Assembly (NCBI GenBank): GCA_964016885.1
Contig: OZ024761.1
Location: 1,364,001-1,428,000 of the forward strand
DNA length: 64,000 nucleotides
Direction of reading: 5' to 3'
Source of the DNA: Eledone cirrhosa
Lineage: Eukaryota
Shown in pieces: positions 51,038 through 64,000 of this stretch. Under the pieces are notes generated by a model. The model searched no databases, was not told the origin of the DNA, and saw nothing but the letters and a program-made list of their open reading frames with translations. Every line of letters starts with the position of its first letter. Within the stretch, counting starts at the first letter, position 1. A program made the position numbers and the translations under genes.

Positions 51038-51212
51038 CATCCAGAGTTGACATTGCACTCAGTGCTCCTTTGGGAGCCCCTACATGGACACACTAGAAGA
51101 GGAAGACCAAGGTTAACATATGTTGATGCCCTAAGGACAGACACTAGTCTGTTGGAGATGCAGGATATGGCAGCGATAATGAGGGACAGAGACCGCTGGA
51201 GAGAACTCGTCT
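51038..51212 (+). mobile_element. RTE LINE C-terminal coding fragment
   Basis: [47 protein letters not shown]. Confidence 0.75.
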
Positions 51213-51419
51213 TTCACTGTCTGTCTGTCTGTTTCATTCTCGTCTTTCTCTCCCCTCTCTTCCCTTCTCCTTACTCTGTAGGTGTATGTATGTATGTATA
51301 TATGTATGTACGTTTGTTTGTACGTATGCATGTATATATATATGTATATATACACATATGCATATATATATATATATACACATATATATATATATGTATA
51401 TATATGTATATATATATAT

Positions 51420-51599
51420 GATGGACCATAACGCACCAGAGTACTAAATACTTAGGGTAGTAGAGTTGGTAATCGGAAAAAGTATGACCCCGACGGCAGA
51501 GCTCAGCTCAAGCCGTTTCGACGGCTATTTCTGGACGCAATAGTCCAGAAATAGCCGTCGAAACGGCTTGAGCTCTGCCGTCGGGGTCATACTTTTTCC

Positions 51600-51601
<2 letters not shown>
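51420..51601. mobile_element. Fold-back element family I
   Basis: Inverted arms around 51538; GAAA-CGGC..GCCG-TC-GGGGTC. Confidence 0.8.
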
Positions 51602-51631
<30 letters not shown>

Positions 51632-52094
51632 GTTGTTCTCTGAGATGGTTTGTCTGTTATTACAGCTGTCGTTGTTGTTATTGTTGTTACATAGCTGTAG
51701 GTAAGAATTTTTCTTGTTAGAAAACAAGAATCTTTCACTTACGGGTGGTGGTAGTGGTAGGGGTGTGGTGGTTGTAGTGGTGGTGGTGTGGGGATGGATG
51801 GGTTGGGGTACCTTTGTTTCTTGTTAAAGAGGATCAGGGTAGAGCTAATGTCTTCCTGTTGATGTTGTTCTAGTTGTCGTCGTTTTGGTAGTAGTAGTAG
51901 TAATAGTAGTAAGTGTTGTTGCTGTTTTAGTGGTCGTTCTCGTTGTGCTGGTTGTTGTGTTTGTTGTAGCTGTGGTTGTAGTTATTGTCGTTGTAGTTGT
52001 GGTTATTGTGGTGGTTGTTGTTGCTGTAGTGGTAGTTGTGATGGTCGTTTTTATGATTTTTGTGGTGATTTGTAAGTACTCAAACACTTTTTCA

Positions 52095-52461
52095 GTGGGT
52101 CCTGTCAGAAGCAACCGTCTCCAATTGATCCCGACTGGATCTCCAAGCGTTACCAGCCAAGCTCATGTATATTATCCAACCATCATGTTCTGGATTCTAA
52201 CCCTGGGTTTCTTAGCGGTTGGTTTTGCCCATAAAATCTCTCCAGTGATGCTTTACTGAGACATTCTAAACGCATGCCCATAGTATTGGAGCTGTGATCT
52301 CTCAGTTCAGAGAAGTAGCTGTTCTACCTGGAGTAACTCTCTGATCTCCGAGTTACGCATTTTATCAAGTAACGTTACTCCAAAGACCCTTCGAAGAACA
52401 CCATTTTGGCCGCTTGTATTCGCGATCTTATTCTTTCGGTCATTACCCAAGATTTATGGCA
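52095..52461 (-). mobile_element. RTE LINE 3' coding fragment (second piece at 54544-54712)
   Basis: [46 protein letters not shown]. Confidence 0.75.
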
Positions 52462-52965
52462 CGAAAACCGAACTGAAGATAGGGAGTTTGGCTTTTACGC
52501 CTACCTTCTTCTGATTACTGTGGTGAAAATTATCATCCTCAAACCTAGTAATTTTCCCCTCGCGGCTTCCATACTCTTACAGCAGTATTAAATTTGACAC
52601 GCCAATCTAATGCAAATATTTAAATAAATAAATATTTAGATAAATAAAAAACATCCTATCATCTGTATTGCAGATTAACGTTCTAACTGGTGAGAACCAC
52701 GCGGGAACACGACAGTTCAATGGCGGAAACATCATAGTTTAACGTCTGATATATTTAATAGAAAATGATTCACAGCGTTTTACAGGGGCAGTGGGACCGG
52801 GGGTATATTTTCTCCCCAAACAACCAAAACACATATCTATTTATCTATATGTATGCATGTTATCTTTATTGCATATCGAAGTCTTTTATATTTTGGTTGA
52901 TATTTGATAACAGCTAAATTAATCACCACTACAACTAAATTGAGAACAAAAATGATTCCACCACC

Positions 52966-53111
<146 letters not shown>

Positions 53112-53353
53112 CGTTTCTGAATTTGTTTAGCAAGATTCTTTATCTGAAATCGTGTGTTGAAACCGATATTGTTATACTTTGGGAGGGTCAGGTTGCCAAT
53201 AAGAAACACACGCACCAGTTGATTTCACTTCAATTTATTATAATAAATTTATAATAAATTTATAAATTTATTATAAATTTATTATAATAAATTGAAGGGA
53301 AAGCAACTGGTGCGTGTGTTTCTTATTGGCAACATGACCCTCCCAAAGTATAG

Positions 53354-53448
<95 letters not shown>

Positions 53449-53497
53449 TATATATATATATGCATATATATATATATATATATGCATATATATATAT

Positions 53498-53546
<49 letters not shown>

Positions 53547-53626
53547 CATACATATATATGTGTGTGTGTGTATATATATATATGCATATATACACATATA
53601 TATATATATGTGTGTGTGTGTATATG

Positions 53627-53671
<45 letters not shown>

Positions 53672-53682
53672 ATACATATATA

Positions 53683-54283
53683 TGGTGGCTGCCAACTCGT
53701 TTTCGAGTACGGCCACCACTTTATATCCATGTAGGAGAACCCCTACCGTTGCGCTGAACGAGTGTGACTTTTTAGTCCAGCCAGCGACTTGAAAACTCTG
53801 GTACAAACAATACACTTGTGACAATTATTGACACAGTGCTGGGCCCATGGTACCATGTGACAACAAGTGCAGAGAGATCTCCAGATATAAAGCAATGCCT
53901 GTGCCGTGGAACTTTTATAGTGAGCAAAGGCACTGCACAAAGCCAGTCTCACTCTCTTAACCAAGATGATATTTACGAAAAAGAAGAACAAGTCAACATC
54001 ATTGGATACCATCAGAGTTGCAGGTGTTATATCAGAGTTTTCCTTCTCCTAGAATTCTGCCTTAACAAAGGCTAAGGGGTCATCTCTCCCGGTGATTTTG
54101 GATGGCTATTGGCTCTTAAGAGCTCCTTTGATAGGTTTTGTTTTTAGTCCTACAGGATGTCCAAAGTCACCCTCCTCACCAAGAAACCTTGGTGGGGTTG
54201 CCAGTTTAGTCGCCAATGACCCGACCATGAGACAGGTTGTACTGGGATACATGTTACCAGTAGCACCAACTGGTGACCTGACA
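53683..54283 (-). mobile_element. Full-length copy of the RTE-derived non-autonomous element
   Basis: Colinear with 16499-17113, same termini, TA flanks. Confidence 0.8.
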
Positions 54284-54302
54284 TATATATATATACATAT
54301 AT

Positions 54303-54336
<34 letters not shown>

Positions 54337-54471
54337 GTATATATATGTATGTATATATATGTATATATATGTATATGTATATATATATGTATATATATGT
54401 ATATATATGTATATATATGTATATATATGTATATATATGCATATATAGATATAGATATATAAATATATACG

Positions 54472-54535
<64 letters not shown>

Positions 54536-54711
54536 CACACACATAGTATTGGAGCTGTGATCTCTCAGTTCAGAGAAGTAGCTGTTCTACCTGGAGTGAC
54601 TCTCTGATCTCCGAGTTACGCATTTTATCAAGTAACGTTACTCCAAAGACCCTTCGAAGAATACCATTTTGGCCGCTTGTATTCGCGATCTTATTCTTTC
54701 GGTCATTACCC

Positions 54712-55452
54712 AAGAACCAAAGAGACAGAGTCAGAGTACACGAAGGAGCCATGGAGAAATATAAGACCCTCATAGAACTGGACATGAAAGGAATTTGCCC
54801 ATTATACAGGAGCAAATCATGGAATAGCTTAGATAGGGTTAGACATAAGATAGGGAAAGCCAACTCATAGTACGACAACCAGAGATACCAGAGTGTCATG
54901 TTTGTGGACGCTACCCCTGGAGGGAAATTAGCTAACCAGTGTAGAAAGGCCCTGAGAAAGACCCACTTAAAAATTAAGGTGGTAGAAAAGGCAGGAACCA
55001 CCATAAAATCCCTGATCAGCAAAACCTACCCTTTTAAGAAAACCCACTGTACCAATAGGAAATGTATCATATGTAAGGTAAACCCCCGGATAAACTGTAA
55101 AACTAGAAACGTAGTCTATAGCATAAGATGTACAGAGGGTACTTGCAGAAACATGACAACAACATACATAGGTGAGACAACTCGTAGCATAGGTGAAAGG
55201 ATAGACCAACACAGGGGGGAACTAAAAGGACGAAAAAACGGGTCAGTACTATACGAACATCCCAGACAACAACATGACGGTAACATAGACAACATAGAAA
55301 TTAGAATAATATCTAAACATAGAAATGACCCAGCAGATAGGCAAATCAGAGAGGCCAGTGAAATAGAACTTAGAAGACCAAGACTAAACAGAAAGAATGA
55401 ATGGAATAACAACAACACCCAAACAAACAACACTGACCTAAGAGAAGTATAA
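54712..55452 (+). pseudogene. PLE RT-thumb/linker plus GIY-YIG endonuclease, one in-frame TAG at about 54868
   Basis: GICPLYRSKSW, VMFVDATPGGKLA, KVVEKAG, CxxxxCxxC, NVVYSIRC..YIGETTRSIGERIDQH, RQIREASEI, LNRKNEW. Confidence 0.88.
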
Positions 55453-55471
55453 ATAAGTAAATAAAATAAAA

Positions 55472-55502
<31 letters not shown>

Positions 55503-55701
55503 ATACATACACAAGCACATAAACACACACTAGTAACCCAATCATGAACACACATCACACATCAAACAAAACACTATACACACACGCAAACGCATGCGAA
55601 AAGAAGACAAAATAAAATAAACAAACAAGCAAATAGATAAATAAATATATAGGCAGACTGAATAAAAATGGCGTAGACATACAATACAACGGGAGGAAAT
55701 A

Positions 55702-55754
55702 ATAGCACCACTGACGATGTTGCAGATGTGCAACGAAAGATTTATGATAAACTA
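55702..55754 (+). ncRNA. Type I hammerhead motif (family C)
   Basis: ATAG-CAC-CA-CTGACGA-T-GTTGCA-GATG-TGCAAC-GAAA-GATT-TA-TG-ATAA-CTAT; stem I has an internal loop. Confidence 0.7.
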
Positions 55755-56042
55755 TATATATGTGTTTGTGTCCATATTGTATCTGTATTATTTTTGACCG
55801 TCGGTCAGTCAATGGCAACATTGACGACCGAATAAATTAGGTTACCGATAAATTAGGACACAGAAGCGAAAAGCGAAAACCAACCAAACAGTGAGTGTGT
55901 TCTGTTATTAATTCTGGCAATATTACACAAATATGACCCTCCCAAGTATAACAATATATGTTTCGACACACGATTTCATATAAAAAACCTCGCAAAACTA
56001 ATTCATCGCCGTTATGCATATATATATATATATATGTATATA

Positions 56043-56102
<60 letters not shown>

Positions 56103-56572
56103 AAATATGTATTTCTCAAACGGTATATGGCTCTTTCTCTCTATTTATTTATCTTTTAATTTCGAAGTAAACTGCCAATGTTTTATTTTAATTTTAATTT
56201 TAATTTTAACTTTAATTTTGTCCTTTAATATGACTATAATCTTTGTATGTAAATTACCATGCTATATTATTATGATGGATGTCAACCCACTGTGGGTCAA
56301 TATATACATATGTTTCGATATGTCTCTTGTGTTGAAAAGGAGGTCAAGTATGTTAAAAGTCACTGAATAATTGCTCCGAAGACTCCAAACCTCGGTTTGG
56401 AAGAAACAATTGTAAGCAAATAAATGATTTAAACAGAACTTTGATTCATGTAATCTCTCTATATATATATACATATATATACTTATATATACATATATAT
56501 ATATACTTACATATACATATATATATATGTATATATATATACAAACATATATATATATTATATATAAATACA

Positions 56573-56657
<85 letters not shown>

Positions 56658-56667
56658 TTATATATAC

Positions 56668-56701
<34 letters not shown>

Positions 56702-56778
56702 GTATATATATATATACAAACATATATATATAAATACATATATATATATACATATATATATGTACACATATATATATG

Positions 56779-56867
<89 letters not shown>

Positions 56868-56908
56868 ATATATGTACATATATGTATATGTATATATGTA
56901 TATATATC

Positions 56909-57013
<105 letters not shown>

Positions 57014-57054
57014 GATATATATACATATATACATATACATATATGTACATATAT

Positions 57055-57203
<149 letters not shown>

Positions 57204-57252
57204 TATATATATATATATATATACATATATATATAAATGTACATATGTACAT

Positions 57253-57322
<70 letters not shown>

Positions 57323-57520
57323 TCAGGTTTGAGGTTCACCACTGTATAGAGCTGGTCTATTCCGTATGGTCAATCGTAATGTAATAATATAGAGAGTACT
57401 CAACGTAAAGCAGTTCAACCGTCTTTGTTTTTGTAGAGGGTGCAAGATAGCGGTCGCCCTCGGGTCCTCGATTTTCAGCCCCATGGATTTTATCTATTAC
57501 ATTCACCTATTATATTTCGA

Positions 57521-57578
57521 ATACCTGATGATATCACCGGATTCATACAGAACCCGGTCATTGAAATGATCATAGTAT
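57521..57578 (+). ncRNA. Type I hammerhead ribozyme (family F)
   Basis: ATAC-CTGATGA-stem II CCGGATTC/GAACCCGG-GAAA-TGATCA-TA-GTAT. Confidence 0.82.
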
Positions 57579-57657
57579 AATAAACCTTTCAAGGATTTAC
57601 ACAAATCCAGCCTCCTGTCATTTCATTATAATATATATATATATATATATGTACATA

Positions 57658-57766
<109 letters not shown>

Positions 57767-57781
57767 GTACATATATCTATG

Positions 57782-57835
<54 letters not shown>

Positions 57836-58223
57836 TACACCGTGCACCCACCACTGCTCAAATACAGCTACAAACTCCGGGTACACCACCCTTTCCAACC
57901 GCCCGAACAGCAAAGCGGATCCATATGATGTAACAATAGATTCCTACCCCCTTCTCCCTCTCTCTGCCCCCACCCCTCTCGTTTACATCCATGTTTAATG
58001 AGATTACCAAATCCACTTGAACACCTCCCTAGTGGCCTGTTCAGAAACGTTGCAGAGGGGGTGGCTTGGAAGCAGGGGGTTTGGGTAACTTTAGTTGACT
58101 TCAATAGGCGAGCATATCATGAATAGAATATATATGAATAGAATATATATATACACACACATGTATATGTATATATATATATATATAAATATATATATGA
58201 ATATATATATATATATATATATA

Positions 58224-58341
<118 letters not shown>

Positions 58342-58414
58342 AAAAAGTATGATCCCGACGGCAGAGCTCAAGCCGTCTCGACGGCTATTTCTATATATAT
58401 ACAGACATGCTACA

Positions 58415-58502
<88 letters not shown>

Positions 58503-58653
58503 GTGAGTTTTGTTTTTGTTTTTTTTTGTTTTTTTAACAAAATGAAAAATAACCGAGGTGTCCTACACGAGTGAAAATATTAAGAAAAAAAAGATGAAAT
58601 CGAAAATGCAACTGGAGTCTTATTTAAAAAAAATATATATATTTATTTGGTTC

Positions 58654-58689
58654 CTTTACCGGTTTCGCAGTTCTTCTGCTTTTCAAAAG
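58654..58689 (-). ncRNA. Hammerhead-shaped motif with non-canonical UUGAAAA core
   Basis: Minus strand CTT-TTGAAAA-GCAG-AAGAA-CTGC-GAAA-CCGG-TA-AAG, inside fold-back 58584-58770. Confidence 0.6.
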
Positions 58690-59581
58690 TAGAGTTGAGA
58701 TGTGGTTTTTCTCACATATTTTTTAAAAATAAGACTCCAGTTGCATTTTCGATTTCATCTTTTTTTCTATATATATATATATATATATAAATATATAAAT
58801 AAATATTAATACAATAACAGAGATAGTTTAAAGCTAATCTCTGACTGGTAACCATCTCACTCAACAAACATTAGGTTATATTTTAATATAAACCCAATTT
58901 AAGTGTTTGGGGTGCTAACAATATGTATTATGTGGAAAAGCCAGTTGTATTATTTTATGAGATATAATTAAAGTTAAAATATATCTCTCTTTCCAAACAA
59001 TTGTTTCATTATAAGTTTTCTACAAATTCGGAGAATATTTCCAGTTTATGTAGAAGCCTAATATACATTCATGTAAGAATATATTTAGGTGGGCGCTTAT
59101 AAATCATCACTGGAAGCCCAATAAACTTTGATATAAGAAAAACATTTCTTACCACAGTTAAAAATCGTGTCCGTTAAGTTACTCACTCCCGCATCGAATG
59201 ACCGGAAAATTTGAAATTCCAGCAGTTTTTGACTGAGGAAGTATTATATCGTCACTAAGCGGGAAGGGGAGACAACCACGATCCACGAAAGAAGGAAAAA
59301 AAATAATATACACGCGGGTTAATCAGTTTTTTCGAAAACATTATCAATCCAACGTGTTAAGAACTTAATTGAAATTAAAAAAATAAATATATGCGTGTAT
59401 AAATTACACACGCATATAGATATTTTCTTAGGCTAAAAACATATATATATATATATATTTATTAAAATAACAGATTATTTTAATAAATATTTGCTCTACG
59501 GTTCTTATATATTTGATATATATTTATCCTTATCGAGCCCTCTTTGGATTTTAGTCTTCAAATTTATTATTATTACTATTA

Positions 59582-59756
59582 TTTGGCAGTATCAGTAGAG
59601 GGTCGGACGCCATGCTTTCCAGCATAGTTACGTCCCTTTACGATCTGAGTTCAAATCCCGCCGAGGTTGACTTTGCCTTTCATCCTTACGGGGTCGATAA
59701 AATAAAGTACCAGTAATACACTGGTGAATTGCTGGCCTTGTGCCTAAAGTAGAAAC

Positions 59757-59760
<4 letters not shown>
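59582..59760 (+). mobile_element. Meta-domain SINE
   Basis: Colinear with 18408-18590. Confidence 0.82.
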
Positions 59761-59807
<47 letters not shown>

Positions 59808-59955
59808 AAAGAATAGAGGTGTAACTCACGAGTTGTGATATATTAGTAAAAGGAAAAGAAAATGCTGACAAATTTTTCCCAGTGAAAAATAGTTTAATTA
59901 GGAATAAGTAAAAATTAGCAATAAGTATTGGTTAGTATTCAATTTTAGTTTTGTG

Positions 59956-59992
59956 TTTTTACCGGTTGCGCATTTCTAATGCTTTTCAAAAA
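59956..59992 (-). ncRNA. Hammerhead-shaped motif with non-canonical UUGAAAA core
   Basis: Minus strand TTT-TTGAAAA-GCAT-TAGAA-ATGC-GCAA-CCGG-TA-AAA, inside fold-back 59838-60110. Confidence 0.5.
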
Positions 59993-60102
59993 TAATTTTG
60001 AGATAGAGCGCCCGTGATGTTTGCTCTAATCTGCAAAAATGACGGGCGCTCTATCTCAAAATTATTTTGGGGAAAATTTGTCAGCATTTTCTTTTCCTTT
60101 TA

Positions 60103-60164
<62 letters not shown>

Positions 60165-60194
60165 CATATATATTTGAATATACAAACAGATATA

Positions 60195-62765
60195 TCATCA
60201 TCATCATCATCATCGTTTAACGTCCATATTCCACGCTTGCATGGGTTTGGACGGGAGTTTTCTCATTTGAGGCAAGAGTGGTTGTCTTACTCGTATAGGA
60301 CTGTCTGGCGGGTTTTCTACGGCTGGATGCCCTTCCTAACACCAACCACATTTACAGTGTGGAACTGGGAGGTTTTTACCGTGTTACCAACACGGCCACA
60401 TTACAGCGTGGACTGTGTGTTTTTTTGTCGTGACACCTACACGACCTCATTTGTTTCGGGCTGGATGTTGTGACACCAACATAACTTTACATTGAAAGGG
60501 GTGGTGAGGATGGGGTGGGGGTAGTGGGACGGGGGTGTATTTTGTTAGAGGTGCCTACTGACTGTAGTAGGTTTCACTTTATACTTAGGTAAGGCGGGTC
60601 TTCTCTATTACTGTGTAGCGCCAAAGCTCTCGGTCCAGTGACATTGTCTTGGAGAGGTGTAAGTGTGTGAGGTCGGAATTTATCAAGTCGTCCCAGATTT
60701 TTCTGGGTCTGCCTACTCCGTGGCTACGTCTATTTTTATTGCCCTGCACTTTTTTATACAGCTGTCGTCTTTCATGCGCATCACGTGACCATACCAACCA
60801 GGTCTTCTCTCGAGTAAACAACATCTGATCCCTCTTATTTCTAATTTCTCCCTTAGTTCGTTTATGCTTTGCCGTTCACGTATATTACTATTACACATCC
60901 AGCAGAGCATGCAAGCTTCGTTTCTCTCCAGTCTGCGTATATCCTCTGCACACAATGCCCAGGTCTCACTTCCATGTAACATTGCTGTTCGTATGTAGGC
61001 ATCATACAGCCTGGCTTTCATTTTTAGAGAGAACCCTTTAGTGGCCAATAGTGGTATAAGCTCTCTGAACTTTTTCCATCCCGTTCTGACTCTAGCTACA
61101 GTACTTTCAGAGCACCCTCCGCCCACTGCTGATTTTATCACCCAGGTAACGGAAGCTGTCCACAATTTCTATAGAACCATCTGTGCAATGGAATGAGTTA
61201 GTATTCTGTGGGCACTTGCTGCTACTTATTGCACCAGAGCACCGGCCACATATAAAATCTATATTCTTAGTTAGCTTACCTGTGATCCCACTACATCTTT
61301 TATGCACCCATACTTTGCATTTGGGACATAAAATGGAGTTTTTACCTACTCCTTTCCTACACACTGAGCATGGCCATTTCCCAGATGGGACCGGTGTCCT
61401 ATTTTCCTTCCTACAAACTAGAACTTTAGTCTTAGACAAGTTAACTTTAAGGCCTTTTGAATCTAGGCCATGCTTCCATGTTTGGAATTTCTTCTCTAGT
61501 TCAGCCATTGATTCAGCTATGAGCGTTAGATCATCTGCATATAGGAATTCCCATGGGCAGCCGGTCTTGAACTCCTGAAGGGCAATAATAAATAGTAGGA
61601 CGGAGCCCTGATGAACACCAACTTTTACGCTAAACTCTTCACTATATTCGTTGTTAATTCTAACCTTGCTGACTGTTTCTTTATACATGGCTTGTATAGC
61701 TCTCACAAGCCATTCATCAACACCTAGTTTTCTAAGGGCCCACCAGATAATCGAGCGGGGTACTCTGTCAAAGGCTTTCTCCAAGTCAACAAAAGCTAAG
61801 TATAGGGGTTTACTTTTAGCTAGGTACTTCTCCTGTAGTTGTCGTGCAAGGAAAAGAGCGTCTGTTGTACTTTTACCTGACACAAACCCGAACTGCATTT
61901 CGTCTAGATCAATTCGCTCTCTGATTAGTTGCGCTATTACTTTTTCTGTGACCTTCATGACCTGGTCAATTAATTTAATGCCTCTATCTAGGGCATCACC
62001 TTTACCCTTGTAGCAGTTAATGATGATGCTGCTGCGCCATTCCTTCGGAACGACCCCATTCTGTATGACTTGGTTTACTATCCGGGTGACCATAGTGTGT
62101 CCCACCGTTCCAGATGCTTTCAGCATTTCGGCAACTATATGCGAAGGCCCGGCCGCCTTGCCCGTCTTCATGTCTTTGATCGCCTTACTTATTATACTAC
62201 CTTCAACTTGCACTGCTGGTCCCTATATTGGGTCAATGTGGGGGAGACTGTCTTTCTCCCATTTATTCTCCTCATTTAGTAGCCTTTCGTAGTGATACTT
62301 CCAAGCTACCTTCTTATCAGCGTCAGTGATGGCAAGTACACCATCATCATTTAGGACACACTTCTCCCCGACAATATCACTGTTTTCCTTGACACATTGC
62401 CTAGCAATCCTGAACACCTCACGTTTTTGGTCCTCGCGTTGGAGAACATGCTTGAACTTTCTTTCTTCTGCTTCCCTTCTTGCGAAGTACACTTGTCTCC
62501 TAGCTTCCCTCCTGGCCACTTGATAGTCTTCTCTACTTCCCCCATCTCGCCATGCTTTCCAAGCCTGCTTTTTGGCCTTGATTGACCTCTCCACCTTACT
62601 GTTCCACCACCAAGTTACTCTCCTCCTGCCTATAGGCCTGCTCCAGCCACAGGTTTCATCTGTCGCCTTCAGCAGGTTAGCTTTCAGGAATTCCCACTGT
62701 TCCTCTATAGTGTACGACTCTAATTGCTCTTCCTTACTGTCAAAAGCATCAAGTAATATGCTTTT
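60195..62765 (-). mobile_element. 5'-truncated, frameshifted RTE-clade LINE (RT with embedded PHD-type finger)
   Basis: MKTGKAAGP, QFGF, FVDLEKAFDRV, GVHQGS, LYADD, CSVCRKGV..CPKCKVWVHKRC..CGRC, GRPRKIW; (GAT)n tail at 60195-60214. Confidence 0.93.
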
Positions 62766-62809
62766 AAATATATATATGTATATATATATATATACATATA
62801 TATATCTGT

Positions 62810-63070
62810 GTGTGTGTATATATATATATATGAGTGTATATACATATATATATATATGAGTGTATATACATATATATATATATATATATATGAGTGTATA
62901 TACATGTATATGAGTGTATATACATATATATATGAGTGTATATACATATATATATATATGAGAGTATATACATATATATATATATGAGTGTATATACATA
63001 TATATATATGAGTGTATATACATATATATATATGAGTGTATATACATATATATATGAGTGTATATACATA
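62810..63070. repeat. TATGAGTGTATATACATATA minisatellite derived from a TA tract
   Basis: Seen directly, about 10 units. Confidence 0.85.
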
Positions 63071-63162
63071 TATATATACATATATATATACATATATATA
63101 TACATATATATATACATATATATATACATATATATATACATTACATAGATATATATATATAC

Positions 63163-63214
<52 letters not shown>

Positions 63215-63216
63215 GT

Positions 63217-63701
63217 ATTTACCAAAAAGAGGAACAAATCAACAACATTGGATACCATCAGGGTTGCAGGTGTTATATCAGAGTTTTTCTTCTCCTAGAA
63301 TTCTGCCTTGACAAAGGCTAAGGGGTCATCTCTCCCGGTGATTTTGGATGGCCATTGACTCTTAAGAGCCCCTTTGCCCTTTGACAGGTTTTGTTTTTAG
63401 TCCGGCAGGATGTCCTCACCAAGAAACCTTGGTGGGGTTGCCAGTTTAGTCGCCAACGACCCGACCATACATACATACATACATACATAATACATACACA
63501 CACATGAAAACTCTGGTACAAACACTACGCTTGTGACAATTATTGACACATAGTGCTGGGCCCATGGTACCATGTGACGACAAGTAAAGGGAGATCTCCA
63601 GATATAAAGAAATGCCTGTGCCATGAAGCTTTTATAGTGAGCAAAGGCACTGCACAAAGCCAGTCCCACTCTCTTAACCAAGATGATATTTACCAAAAAG
63701 A

Positions 63702-63704
<3 letters not shown>
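63217..63704 (-). mobile_element. Rearranged (permuted) copy of the RTE-derived element
   Basis: 63217-63468 matches about 16795-17058; 63506-63704 matches about 16606-16811. Confidence 0.75.
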
Positions 63705-63745
<41 letters not shown>

Positions 63746-63753
63746 ATATGTAT

Positions 63754-63825
<72 letters not shown>

Positions 63826-63866
63826 GTATGTGTGTATATTTATATATACATATATATACATATATA

Positions 63867-63901
<35 letters not shown>

Positions 63902-63930
63902 ATATATATATATATATACATATATATATG

Positions 63931-64000
<70 letters not shown>

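Larger units (their letters stand above)
54712..55998 (+). mobile_element. 5'-truncated Naiad-like Penelope-like element with pLTR (family C)
   Basis: GIY-YIG remnant followed by the pLTR also seen at 8616, 11463 and 22907; hammerhead motif at 55702-55754. Confidence 0.82.

Noticed and set aside
54860-54875. Recoded stop codon in the Naiad-like ORF
   Set aside because: The stop is TAG at a likely Trp (TGG) position, best explained as a point mutation rather than selenocysteine.

Overview
AT-rich eukaryotic (animal) non-genic DNA, most consistent with an octopus/coleoid cephalopod genome. This is inferred from the OR1/OR2-like tRNA-derived Meta- and CORE-SINEs and the extreme (TA)n/(CA)n density. 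No host protein-coding exon could be supported, and almost all ORF-track entries are microsatellite read-through. The recognisable coding remnants are all transposable elements: Tx1-type L1 LINEs in (GATA)n tracts, a decayed Helitron Rep/PIF1 helicase, RTE LINEs, and two Penelope-like element (PLE) 3' fragments with GIY-YIG endonucleases. The main signal is non-coding. Short elements inserted into (TA)n tracts, usually as fold-back (inverted) structures, carry type I hammerhead ribozyme motifs of about ten different sequence families, several with compensatory base changes between copies. One family forms a 420-bp head-to-tail tandem with one intact hammerhead per unit, the architecture expected of a retrozyme that releases a circularisable RNA. 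A CACTA-like element with long TIRs carries an unidentified GC-rich cargo. Coordinates were read by eye and element ends may be off by a few bases.
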